Below, in pieces: positions 50,755 to 61,242 of a DNA stretch of 64,000 nucleotides. Position 1 is the stretch's first letter; each line of letters opens with the position of its first letter. Made by a program: the position numbers and the translations under genes. The notes beneath the pieces are model-generated. The model was not told where the DNA came from. It worked only from the letters and a program-made list of their open reading frames with translations, and searched no databases. The stretch is from Carcharhinus amblyrhynchos (taxonomy: Eukaryota): NCBI GenBank assembly GCA_965287045.1, contig OZ336904.1, positions 15,190,001-15,254,000 of the forward strand. Reading direction: 5' to 3'.

Positions 50755-51545
50755 ACGTGGGGAGGCAGTGACATAGTAGTAATGTCACTGGACTCAGTGC
50801 AGAGGCCTAGACTAATGCTCTGACATTCAAATCCGACCACAACAACTGGTGCAATTTAAATTTAAATCAATAAAAATCTGGAATGAAAAGCTAGTTTCTG
50901 TAATAGATTCATAGAATAGAACCACAGAATCCCTACAGTGCAGAAGGAGGCCATTTGGCTCATCGATCATGCACCTACAACAATCCCCATAACCCCTATC
51001 CCTATAACCCCATTGTATTTACCCTGCTAACCCCCCTGAGGTGGGTGGTTTAATTTGTTTTATATTAAATTAAGTAATGGTGACCATGAAACTATCAATT
51101 GTCATAAAAGCCCACTTGAAGTTTATTTATTAGTCACAAGTAAGGCTTATATTAACAGTGCAATGAAGTTACTGTGAAATTCCCCTAGTCGCCAGACTCC
51201 AGTGGCTGTTCGTGTTAATGTATCTAACCAGCACATCTTTCAGACGGTGGGAGGAAACCCATGCAGACACGGGGAGAACGTGCATACTCCACAGAGACAG
51301 TGACCCAAGCCAGGAACCGAACCTGGGTCCCTGGTGCTGTGAGGCAGCAATCTAACCACTGTGCCACACTGTGTCGTCCACTTGATTCAACAATATCTTT
51401 TTGGGAAGGAAATCTCCATCAGTCTAGGCCCACAACAATGTGGTGGACTCCTAAACACCCTCTGAAATGACCTGCAAGTTGCTCAGTTCAAGGGCAATTA
51501 GGGATTGACAACAAATGCTGGCCTTCCAGTGTCATTCACAACACA
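50755..51545 (+). mobile_element. SINE family C interrupted by two V-SINE insertions
   Basis: Collinear pieces homologous to 35430-35790. Confidence 0.65.
51118..51368 (-). mobile_element. V-SINE type B nested in SINE family C
   Basis: Homology. Confidence 0.82.
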
Positions 51546-52091
51546 AAAAAACATTGAAAACACAAAAGAGAAACACCAAACTGCTGTGGAACATGCCCTG
51601 AGTACTTGCAATGATAGAGCAGGCAAAACGTGGCTGTAAAGCTGGTCGCAAATGCAGACAGCATCGTGGGTAAAGTTATAATGGTTTTGACCGTGGTAAC
51701 ATCAGAATATTACTTCACAGCAAATCACTTTTATTTCACAGCAATTAGGATCAGGGGATTTAAGTTGGTTTTAAAAAGTAAATAGCTGGAGGACTTTCCT
51801 ATTCAAAGAGTGGGAATCATATTGTGCCTGGGAAGGCAGCTGGGACTAAAATGTCAGTGAACACTGTAATAGGAGAGTTGGTGTATTAAATATCAAGCCT
51901 TTGATCCTGTTCCTGGATTTCCAGGTAATGCAGTTAGATTTGCAATTTTATTTCTTGCTTGGTTTTGTTCCATTTGTGCACCTAACTAGTTAGTATCCCT
52001 AGCTGAAGGAATGCGGATTGGTGCTTGCATTAGAGAAATTAGATTAATTAGGTGCATAGTCATTTCGCTTTAAGAAAAGTTGATTACTGCA

Positions 52092-52340
52092 AGTGTGACT
52101 CAGTGCATAGCAGCCTCGCCAGAATCAAAAAATTGTTGTCTTGAGCCTCACTCCCAGACTTGGGCATAAAATCTAGGCTGACACCTCAATATGGCATTGA
52201 AGGAGTGCTGCACTGCTGGAGGTGCCATCTTTTGGTTGGGAGTTTAGACCAGGAAGCAGTCAGTCTGCGTGTTAACAAAAAGTCCCATTGGACAATTCGA
52301 GGCAAAGAGAGTAGGGTCCGTGGGCGGGCAGGTGGGGGCC
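52092..52340 (+). mobile_element. DeuSINE/SacSINE1-like 5' part
   Basis: AATCTAGGCTGACAC...GGAGTGCTGCACTGCTGGAGGTGCCATCTTT. Confidence 0.55.
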
Positions 52341-52389
52341 AGGGTCCTTGCACAAGGGCACATATCAGGGAGAGGGGGGCCTTGGAGAG

Positions 52390-52950
52390 GAGGGTCTTGG
52401 GGGGGGGGGGGGGGGGGTCTCGGGGAGACTGGGGGTGGGGGTCTCCGGGGGGGGAGTGGGGGGGGGGGTGTCTCCGGGGGGAGTGGGGGGGGGTGTCTCC
52501 GGGGGGAGTGGGGGGGGGGGAGTGGGGGGAGTCTCCGGGGGGGGGGGGGGGGGGGGAGTGGGAGTGGGTCTCTGGGGGGGTCTCCAGGAGGGAGTAGGGG
52601 GGGGGGGTCTCGGGGGTGAGTGGGGGGGGGGGGGGTCCTCGGGGGGGAGTCTCCGGGGAGGGGGGGGAGGGAAGTCTCCGGGGAGGGGGAGGGGGAGTGG
52701 GAGTGGGTCTCTGGGGGGGTCTCCAGGAGGGAGTGGGGGGGGGGGTCTCGGGGGTGAGTGGGGGGGGGGGGTCCTCGGGGGGGAGTCTCCGGGGAGGGGG
52801 GGGAGGGAAGTCTCCGGGGAGGGGGAGGGGGAAGGGGAAGGGGAAGGGGAAGGGGAGGGGGGAGGAGTCTCGGGGGGGGCGATCTCAGGAATTGGGCGGT
52901 CTCCGGGGGGAGTTGGGGGGGTGAAGGGGGGGCTCCTTTGGTCGGGGGTC
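52390..52950 (+). repeat. G-run minisatellite (GTCTCC-Gn-AGT-Gn) with a ~140-bp higher-order duplication
   Basis: Directly visible; dozens of G5+ tracts. Confidence 0.9.
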
Positions 52951-52969
52951 TCTGTGTTGCTCACAGGCA

Positions 52970-53590
52970 CTAGGGGAATCCCAGGGTCGGATGATCTGAG
53001 GCGCTTACCTTGGCCTCCCGCAGCAGTTCGTTGTAATTGTACTCGGTGTGGCTCCGATCGCTGGGCTCGCTGAGCCGGAGGCCGAAGCGGACATTAGCCG
53101 GAGCCGGGCCGCTGCGCTCCTCTCGCCGCTTCTTCTTGGAGGAGGTGGCGGTAGCGGCGGCGGCGGCGGCGGCAGGCACGGGCACGGCGGCAGCGGGCGC
53201 GGGCACGGTGTTGAAGGCGACCCTCCGCGGTTCGCTCATGTCTGCGCGGGCCGGGCCTGCCGCGCCGAGGCCTGCGGGCCGAGCCCGGGGCCAGGGCCGG
53301 CTCCGGGCCGCTGTAAGGCAATCAAAGCCCCGCTCCCCCTCCCCTCACTGAGCTCGCACCAGCGACGCCATCTTGCACGTCCCGACGTCACGGTAGCTGC
53401 GCGTGGAGCGCCCGTGACGTCATGCTCATGCGTGATGATGTCGGACTCACACGCCCTGGCGTCATGCTCGTGCGTGATGACATCACGCCCATCGTGCGCC
53501 GATCTCATCCTAATGCGTCTCGACGTCACTCTCCGCGTGCCGACGTCTTGTTAACGCGATGCCGTAATCTCGTTGCGTCATGCCACACAC
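52970..53590 (-). promoter_or_regulatory. CpG island / ubinuclein promoter and first exon
   Basis: Dense undepleted CpG; YY1 site CAAGATGGCG (53366-53375, minus); full CRE TGACGTCA 53415-53422 plus several CGTCA half-sites. Confidence 0.85.
53009..53239 (-). CDS. UBN2: Ubinuclein coding exon 1 (MSEPRRVAF...NELLREAK)
   Basis: ATG inside a CpG island; N-terminus resembles UBN2 MAEPRRVAF; donor AAG|GTAAGC; 231 nt, phase 0. Confidence 0.93.
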
Positions 53591-53927
53591 AGACTACTTG
53601 CCACATCACCTGTCAATCATCTGTCTGGCATCCCCTGAAGGTCAGAAAGTCTTCCATTTTTTGCACATAAGTTTTAAAGTCTATTTATTAGTGTCACGAG
53701 TAAGACTCACATTAAAACTGCAATGAAGTTACTGTGAAAACCCCCTAAATCTGATCTCAGCTATTCAGGGAGACAGTCTGGAAGCACTTCCACTACCTCA
53801 CAGGAGCCTTTCCCAAATTATCATCCAAAACTTTTGTCGCTCATTACACAAAATTTTAATGATTAGTCATGAAATCAAACTCATCTTAATCCCTCCCCAA
53901 CTCCACTTTTCCTTCATAGAAACCATG

Positions 53928-54026
53928 GTAAGAAGTCTCACCTGATGAAGGCGCAGTTGGACTTTAACCTGGTGTTGTGATATTTTTACTGTGCCCACCT
54001 TGGTCCAACGGTGGCATCTCCACATC
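53928..54026. mobile_element. Penelope-like family A, short rearranged copy
   Basis: Shared GTTGGACTTTAACCTGGTGTTGTGA and ...GGCATCTCCACATC terminus. Confidence 0.65.
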
Positions 54027-54337
54027 ATAGAAATCGTAGAATCCCTACAGGGCAGAAGGAGGCCTTTGGGCCTATTGAGCCTGTACCAACAACAATCCCA
54101 CACACACCCAATCTTTGTAACCTCACGTATTTACACTATTAATCCCCCTGACCCTAATGGCCTATTCAGCATGGTCAATCAACCTAATCCACACTTCTTC
54201 AGAGTGTGGGAGGGAACTGGAACACCCAATGGAAACCCACATAGACATGGGGAGAACATGCAGACTCCACACTGATAGCGGGAATCGAACTCAGGTCCCT
54301 GGCACTGTGAGGCAGCAGTGCTATGCCACTATGCCAC
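54026..54337 (-). mobile_element. V-SINE type A
   Basis: Homology. Confidence 0.82.
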
Positions 54338-55174
54338 CCATGTTTTCCTTCAACTCCAGATCCTTTATTTCCTGCACTATACTTGTGTTAGCATGATGTG
54401 TGAGTGTTGATGGGTATCTCTGCAAACTCAAAATTATTGAGTCATTGTAACTATTTTATTATTTATAGAAGGTTAATGGCACTTGATTGCATTTCACATA
54501 TCCTTAAACCCAGAGAAATGGCCGTATGTTGTCAAAGAAATATATAATACATCTCAAAGTTTCAAAATGCTTAACATGCAATGAAATACTTTGTGACAGC
54601 ATTACAGAAAATTTACTCTCATTACATTGCAAGATGCTATATCTGTTCACTCCATGCCCAGTTTCATAAGCCTGCATACGGCTGAACAAAATATATGCTG
54701 TTGAAGTGTTTAATTTGCGCTCAAGACACACGTTTGTATGCCAAATTTAAAAGGGTGCAAAAAGGAAAGTGTCCAGGCATCACACTTTTTAAAATATTAT
54801 ACTAAAGCATAGTTCACCGATTCCCTAAGTGTCATGACAGTGACACCTCATCCAGTCAGAGTAGACTTGCCCACCATTCAGCATCCTTTCTTCATATTCA
54901 ACTTTTTAAATATTTCCCACTATTGTTTTCTCACTTTTTGGGTCAATATTTTATTTCAGTTTATCTTCCCACTGTTTTCTCTTTAATTTTCATTTGATCT
55001 TTGTCTTGTGATATTTTTAAACATTATCTTAAACCATACATTGTGATAGCTATTGCCTCGATACTCCTTACTCATGATCAATCTATTTCAATTGTTTCTA
55101 TCTTCATATTATTTAAGGTTCTATTTTATACTGTTGGTTTCCTCATCCTTTCGAAATGTTTTAACTTACAATAA

Positions 55175-55446
55175 GGTTGCACGGTGGCACAGTGGTTAGC
55201 ACTGCTGCCCCACAACGCCAGGGACAATTCCGGCCTTGGGTGACTGTGTGTGGAGTCTGCATGTTCTCCCTATGTCTGCATGGGTTTCCTCCCACACTCC
55301 AAATATTAGTGTTGCAGGTTGAACTGATTCACTGCTTAGCGTTAGACAGATTAGCAGGGTAAATACAGGGATAGGGCCTGTGAAGGATTGTTATTAGTGC
55401 ATACTCGATGGGTTGGATGGTGTTCTGCACCGTCGGGATTCTATGA
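55175..55446 (+). mobile_element. V-SINE type A (decayed)
   Basis: Homology. Confidence 0.75.
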
Positions 55447-55516
55447 CTTAACTTCCAATCTTGTTCTTTGTGTTACCATTTTGTTTTAGATATACCGATT
55501 GCATAAAAATAGAAGC

Positions 55517-55640
55517 AGTAAGTAGTCTCACAACACCAGGTTAAAGTCCAACAGATTTATTTGGTAGCACAAGCTTTTGGAGTGTTGCCCCTTCATCAGA
55601 TGAGTGCCTACCCCAGTCCAATGCTGGCATCTCCACATCA
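55517..55640 (-). mobile_element. Penelope-like family A copy
   Basis: Same family sequence; decayed hammerhead core. Confidence 0.7.
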
Positions 55641-55662
55641 TCGAAATAGATTCAAAGAAAAT

Positions 55663-55915
55663 TCATAGAAACCTTACACTGCCAAAGGGGGCCAATTAGC
55701 CCATCGAGCCTGCATCAACAACAATTCCACCCAGGTCCTATCCCCGTAATCCCACATATATACTCCATTAATCCCTCTAGCCTACGCATCCCTGGACACT
55801 AAGGGGAAATTTTGCATAGCCAATGCAGTTAATCCACACATCTTTGGATTGTGGGAGGAAAGTGGAGCACCCAGAGGAAACCCACACAGACATGGGGAGA
55901 ACGTGCAAACTCCAC
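55663..55915 (-). mobile_element. V-SINE type A, 5'-truncated
   Basis: Homology. Confidence 0.78.
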
Positions 55916-56404
55916 CTTGCTCCTTGCTAGGAATTGTTGTCTCCAGATCTCCCATTTTGCTTCAGATTCTGTGCACATTGCTCTAGTTGATAGGCAATTT
56001 AATTCATTTTTATTCAAGTTTCCTGTCCCATTCTTGCTCGCTCTGTTCTTGCCATGAAGCTGTTGATTCCCCAACAACTTTCCGTTCCATTCTGTAAGTC
56101 TGCTTTTCTCACCATAAATGCTGCCTGACTTGTCGAACAGTTCCAGTATTTCTTACTTCCATTTCAGATTTCTGGCATTTTATTTGTTTTATTGCATTGT
56201 TCCCTCAGCCACAATCAAAATAACCTCAAACATATAGTGTTGCCCATGCCATAACGTTTGTCATATCAATGGAATAATTAAATCCAGGAGCAGTCTTGAC
56301 TATTCCTAGTTGCCCTGAGATTGTGGTGATGGGCCTCCTTACTGAAGTGACTTGCTAGGAAACTTCAGAGGCCATTAATCAATAAACTTTGCCTTTTTAG
56401 TGTT

Positions 56405-56662
56405 CCATGGCACAGTAGCACATTGGGTAGCGCTGCTGCTTCACAGTGCCAGGGACCTAGGTTCAATTCCTGCTTGGGTCACTGTCTGTGTGGAGTTTTC
56501 ACGTTCTCCTCGTGTCTGCATGGGTTTTCTCCCACAGTCTGAAAGACACACTAGTTAGGTGCATTGACCTGAACATGTGCCGGACTGTAGTGACTAGGGG
56601 ATTTTCACAGTAACTTCATTGCATTGTTAATGTTAGCCTTACTTGTGACTAATAAATAAACT
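56405..56662 (+). mobile_element. V-SINE type B
   Basis: Homology. Confidence 0.83.
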
Positions 56663-56977
56663 GGGAAATAATCTTCATTTGTTCAGAGCCTTGGTTAGAT
56701 GTCATCTACGTTACTGTAAATGCACTGATTCCCTGAATTCTTCTTTGATTTTCCATCTTGTTTTGGACACTAAACCTCAGCAATGATAATTTGGCTTTGG
56801 GAAGGGGAAAGCAGAAGAAGAGAGAGATTTTTGCAGGCAGGCTGACGTGCAGTTTGCCTCCTGAACCTCCCACTCTGTCCCACACCCCTCATGAAAACTT
56901 CCCTCTTGGAGCAGAATCCAGACTCTCATTTCCTTCCCACAATCCCATGATCATTGCTGCACTTCCCCAAACAGCAA

Positions 56978-57262
56978 TTAAAGTTTAAGTTTATTTATTA
57001 GTGTTACAGGTAGGCTTACATTAACACTGCAATGAAGTTACTGTGAAGATCCCCTAGTCATCACATTCCAGCGCCTGTTCGGCTATACTGAGGGAAAATT
57101 TAGCATGGCCATTGACCTTAACAGCACATTTTTCAGACTATGGATGAAACCAGAGCACCCGGAGGAAACCCACACAGACACTTGGAGAACTTGCAAACTC
57201 CACACAGACAGTGACCCAAGTCAGGAATCGAACTCAGGTCCCTAGCACCGTAAGACGGCAGT
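56978..57262 (-). mobile_element. V-SINE type B
   Basis: Homology. Confidence 0.85.
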
Positions 57263-57726
57263 CCTGTCCATGGTGAGGGATTGAAGCCAAAAGATAAGGA
57301 CAGCAGGCTGACTTCTCTAAAGGACGTTAGTGAAGCAGTTGGGTTTTAGATAACTCAACAGTTCATTAGTCACCAATGTGATAGAGGCTTTTTTTTTCCA
57401 AAATGGTTGAATTCAAATTCTCAAACAGCAGTAATGGGATTTGAACTCACTTTCTATCTCTCATTGGTCCAGGGCTCTCGAGCAGTAATGCCTAACCTTT
57501 TATGCCACATCACACCACTATGCTACATAAAAATAAGTGAGGTGCACCTTCTATTTGCTCTAAACTGCCCTCTACCAAAAGACTTTGGTGGCGTGATTTT
57601 CAACTTGTGTTTGCTGTCAGAGAGACTAATGATGTGGGCCAAAATTCCAGAGAGAATCAAGAAATGCAGGTATTATTGTGCAAATGTGGATGCCAACAAT
57701 CTGATTTCTGCCATAATAATGCTCAG

Positions 57727-57878
57727 TAAGAAATCTCACAACACCAGGTTAAAGTCCAACAGGTTATTTAGCAGCACAAGCTTTCAGAGCGCTGCTCCTT
57801 CATCAGGTGAGTGAGGACTTGCTTCACAAACCAGACATTTACTGTGCTTACCCCAGTCCAACGCTGGCATCTCCACAT
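57727..57878 (-). mobile_element. Penelope-like family A copy with hammerhead motif
   Basis: TSD CATAATAATGCTCAG (57712-57726 / 57879-57893); core at 57775-57809. Confidence 0.78.
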
Positions 57879-57904
57879 CATAATAATGCTCAGCAGGGAT
57901 AACT

Positions 57905-58632
57905 TCAGAGGGACCTTGGGGTCCTTGTGCATGAGTCACAAAAACCCAGCTTGCAGGTGCAGCAGGTGGTCAGGAAGGCGAATGGGATGCTGGCCTTCAT
58001 AGCGAGGGGGATTGAATATAAAAGTAGGGAGGTCTTGCTGTGGCTGTATAGGGCATTGGTGAGGCCGCAGCTGGAGTACTGTGTGCAGTTTTGGGCGCCG
58101 TACTTACGCAAGGATATTTTGGCCTTGGAGGGAGTGCAGAGGAGATTTACTAGGCTGATGCCGGAGTTGAGGGGGTTGAGCTATGAGGAGAGGCTGAATA
58201 AATTCGGCTTGTACTCGTTAGAGTTTAGAAGAATGAGGGGAGATCTCATTGAGACGTATAAGATGATGAATGGGATGGATAGGATAGAGGTGGAGAGACT
58301 CTTCCCGCTCAGAAAGGATAGTAGGACTAGGGGGCACAGCCTCAAGATAAAGGGGGGGCGGTTTAGAACGGAGTTGAGGAGGAACTTCTTCACTCAAAAG
58401 GTGGTGAATCTCTGGAATTCTCTGCCCGTTGAAGTGGTGGAGGCTACCTCGCTAAATATTTTTAAGACGCGGGTTGATGGGTTTTTGATAAGAGAGGGGA
58501 TTAAGGGTTATGGGGGAGAGGGCGGGAATGTGGAACTGAGCCACGACAGATCAGCCATGATCTTACTGAATGGCGGGGCAGGCTCGAAGGGCTAGATGGC
58601 CTACTCCTGCTCCTACTTCTTATGTTCTTATA
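57905..58632 (+). mobile_element. Very young CR1 3' fragment with uninterrupted 222-aa ORF2 C-terminus
   Basis: ORF 57927-58595; CpGs retained; CTTCTTATGTTCTTAT tail. Confidence 0.95.
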
Positions 58633-59056
58633 TTAAAACCTGGGTTTGGAAAAATGTAACCAATACAATACAAATGTAAATTGTGTAAAGAGAACTTTGA
58701 TTTCCTTAAAAACAAAATTCACAAGATTTAATATTTTGGGACATGAATGTTGACTCCACAAATGCTGCCTGATTTGAGTTTTTCCAGCATGTTTCTTATA
58801 TCAGATTTCCAGCATCTATAGTATTTTGCTTTTGTGTTAATATTTTAAGTATTGTTAATCTCAGGTTAAAAAAATTAAATGAGAAAAAAAGCCATAACAA
58901 TTTTTTAAGAAAGTGAAATGCAAGACAGAAATCTGAGGATAATGTTATATATAGGCATGAAGTGATTGTAACTATATATACACAAGTTAGAACCATTGAA
59001 AAGTTACAGCACAGAAGGAAACCCTTTGGTCCATCTTGTAATGCCAGCCCTAGGAC

Positions 59057-59257
59057 TGATGTAGAGATACTGGTGTTGGACTGGGGTGGGCACAGTAAGT
59101 CTCACAGCACCAGGTTAAAGTCCAACAGGTTCATTTGGAGTCACGAGATTTCGAAGTACTGCTCCTTCCTCATCTGATGAAGGGGTAGTGCTTCAAAAGC
59201 TCATGATTCCAAATAAACCTGTTGGACTTTAACCTGGTGTTGTGAGACTTCTTCCTG
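59057..59257 (+). mobile_element. Penelope-like family A, fold-back copy
   Basis: TSD AGCCCTAGGAC (59046-59056 / 59258-59268); inverted arms. Confidence 0.75.
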
Positions 59258-59385
59258 AGCCCTAGGACACCCAGGTGCCCTTTCTAATCCCACCTTTCGG
59301 CACTCAAGCTATTGGTATGGTTTCAGTATTGTGATTTGTGGAATAGCATATGCCTTTTTTTTTAATCTTTGTCTGTCATGCTTCT

Positions 59386-59534
59386 GACAATACCAGGTTA
59401 AAATCCAACAGGTTTATTTGGTAGCACAAGCCACAAGCTTTCGGAATGCTGCTCCTTCATCAGGTGAGGAGCACTTCTTACTGTGAGACTTCTTATTGTG
59501 CTTACCCCAGTCCAACACCAGCATCTCCACATCG
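59386..59534 (-). mobile_element. Penelope-like family A copy with hammerhead motif
   Basis: TSD TGTCATGCTTCT (59374-59385 / 59535-59546); core at 59432-59466. Confidence 0.75.
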
Positions 59535-60169
59535 TGTCATGCTTCTCCCAGGGATTTTGTGCAGGCACATGTAGGCCTTTGCCTTGACCTCCAAGTCCTG
59601 TTGGTCATACACATGGGCCTGACCAATGTAAAAAGATCTGAACTGTGTGTCTACATTACATGGACTGTAGCAGTTCAAGATGGCAGCATACCACCTCCTT
59701 CTCAAGGGCAATTAGGGATGGGCAATAAATGCTGGCCTAGCCAGTGGCACCCACATCTGGTGAAAGAATGAAAAAAACAGAAGATTTGGCCTAATGTTCT
59801 AAATTGGTATTTCTATTTTATCTGCAGTTTATTGTGCTTTTAATGATGCATTTTAGGGGCAGCTGGGTAAGGACATGAGGGAGAAAGAACTGGAAGGATC
59901 TGCTGATAGGGTGAGATAAATAACAATTTAGAACATTTGGCCAAATCACATTTTTTTTTAATTCTTTCACCGGTATTGCGTGCCACCATTTTTTTTATTG
60001 GACATATGGTCAATCCAAGAACAATGGGTGCCAGATACATCAGGTCCCATTGGCTTCTCACACTTCAGAAACAAAGTATTTTCCTCACAACACAAATTTC
60101 CTGAGCAAGGAAAAAAAGACCCTTTTTTAATTTAAACATTTTAATCTTTTTTTTATATTATTTTCCTGG

Positions 60170-60470
60170 AATCTGGGCATTGCTGACTGACGGCATCCCG
60201 AGATGCCCAAGGGCAGTTAAGAACCAACCACACTGCTGTGGCTCTGGAGTCACATGTAGGCCAGATCAGGTAAGGATGGCAGATTTCCTTCCCTAAAGGA
60301 CATTAGTGAAGCAGATGGGTTTTTCCCCAGTAATCAACAATGACTTCATGGTCATCAGTGGATTCACCATTTGCTTTAGTGGGATTCGAACCTGGGTCCC
60401 CAGAACATTAGCGGAGTTTCTGGATTAACAGTTTAGCGATAATACCACTATTAGCCAGTGCCTCCTCGGT
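60170..60470 (-). mobile_element. SINE family C copy
   Basis: Reverse-complement homology to 35430-35790. Confidence 0.68.
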
Positions 60471-60631
60471 TACACTGGAGAGCAAGAGACAGCTCACAAA
60501 AGAGAGTGAGGGGGGGGGGAAAAAGAGTAACTACTGTTTTATCCCACTGAGACCACAGCAAAAGCATTTACACAATCCCCTCAGAATGAGTCATATCCAT
60601 CTCCAGCAATAAAAAAGTCAGAAATAAATGC

Positions 60632-60637
60632 TTTATT
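60632..60637 (-). terminator. Candidate polyadenylation signal AATAAA for TTC26
   Basis: AATAAA followed by U-rich sequence (TTTATTTCTGACTTTTTTATTG) on minus strand. Confidence 0.5.
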
Positions 60638-61051
60638 TACACAAAATAATCTACAAATCTTCATGTGTATTAATTATGCAAGAGTTACACAAGAACAAAC
60701 ATGGAAACAGAATACCAGTAACAGAACTTCAGGGTCAATAGAAAAGGTTGCTATTAAATCGTGTCTAAACTGAAATTTTTGTGGCAATATTCTCCCAGAG
60801 ATACTGACAGTTGCCAGGGTATGATGAGCAGAGGACCTGACACCTCATGCAAATAGTCACTCTTTACACACACAAGTTTGATGGTAAGTCTGCGTGCTGT
60901 TGCAGCCAGTAAGGTGGGGGCGCAGTGAGGACAGCAATTCCCAATCAGTTCTCATCCGACGTGTCAAAATCTTTAAACTTTCCAGTGCAGGGCACTTGAT
61001 GGCAACCAGAAACATGTTGCCATGTTTTGTTCCCTGCGCCATTCACTATTC

Positions 61052-61242
61052 ATGATGTGGATATGCCAGCGTTGGACTGGGGTAAACACAGTAAAAAGTC
61101 TGACAACACCAGGTTTTAGTCCGACCGATTTATTTGATAGTAAACTCACTAGCTTTCGAAGAGGGAATCCCCTCGAAAGCTAGTGAGTTTACTATCAAAT
61201 AAATCGGTTGGACTAAAACCTGGTGTTGTCAGACTTTTTACT
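61052..61242 (+). mobile_element. Penelope-like family A, 70-bp hairpin copy
   Basis: TSD CCATTCACTATTC (61039-61051 / 61243-61255); arms 61090-61159 / 61173-61242. Confidence 0.8.

Larger units (their letters stand above)
1..53239 (-). other. UBN2: Ubinuclein gene span (HIRA histone H3.3 chaperone complex subunit), 14 coding exons in window, 3' end beyond position 1
   Basis: Exons join in frame to 2094 nt / 698 aa, with the HRD motif ([46 protein letters not shown]) and the middle domain ([12 protein letters not shown]). TTC26 lies upstream on the same strand as in human. UBN1 is not fully excluded. Confidence 0.85.

Noticed and set aside
52160-53073. Long Gly-rich and Pro-rich ORFs (241 aa +, 201 aa -)
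   Set aside because: Stop-free by-products of the G-run minisatellite; exon 1 has a clear donor at 53009
53037-53670. Plus-strand ORFs across the CpG island suggesting a head-to-head gene such as GLYR1
   Set aside because: No recognisable protein or splice structure; GC-rich antisense frames
4013-57262. Recurrent short ORFs such as MVAQWLALLPHS... and ...LHGFPPGAPVSS
   Set aside because: Translations of V-SINE copies, not genes; their tRNA-like heads are not tRNA genes
57927-58595. 222-aa ORF as a host gene
   Set aside because: C-terminal piece of CR1 ORF2 in a 5'-truncated insertion with a CR1 tail
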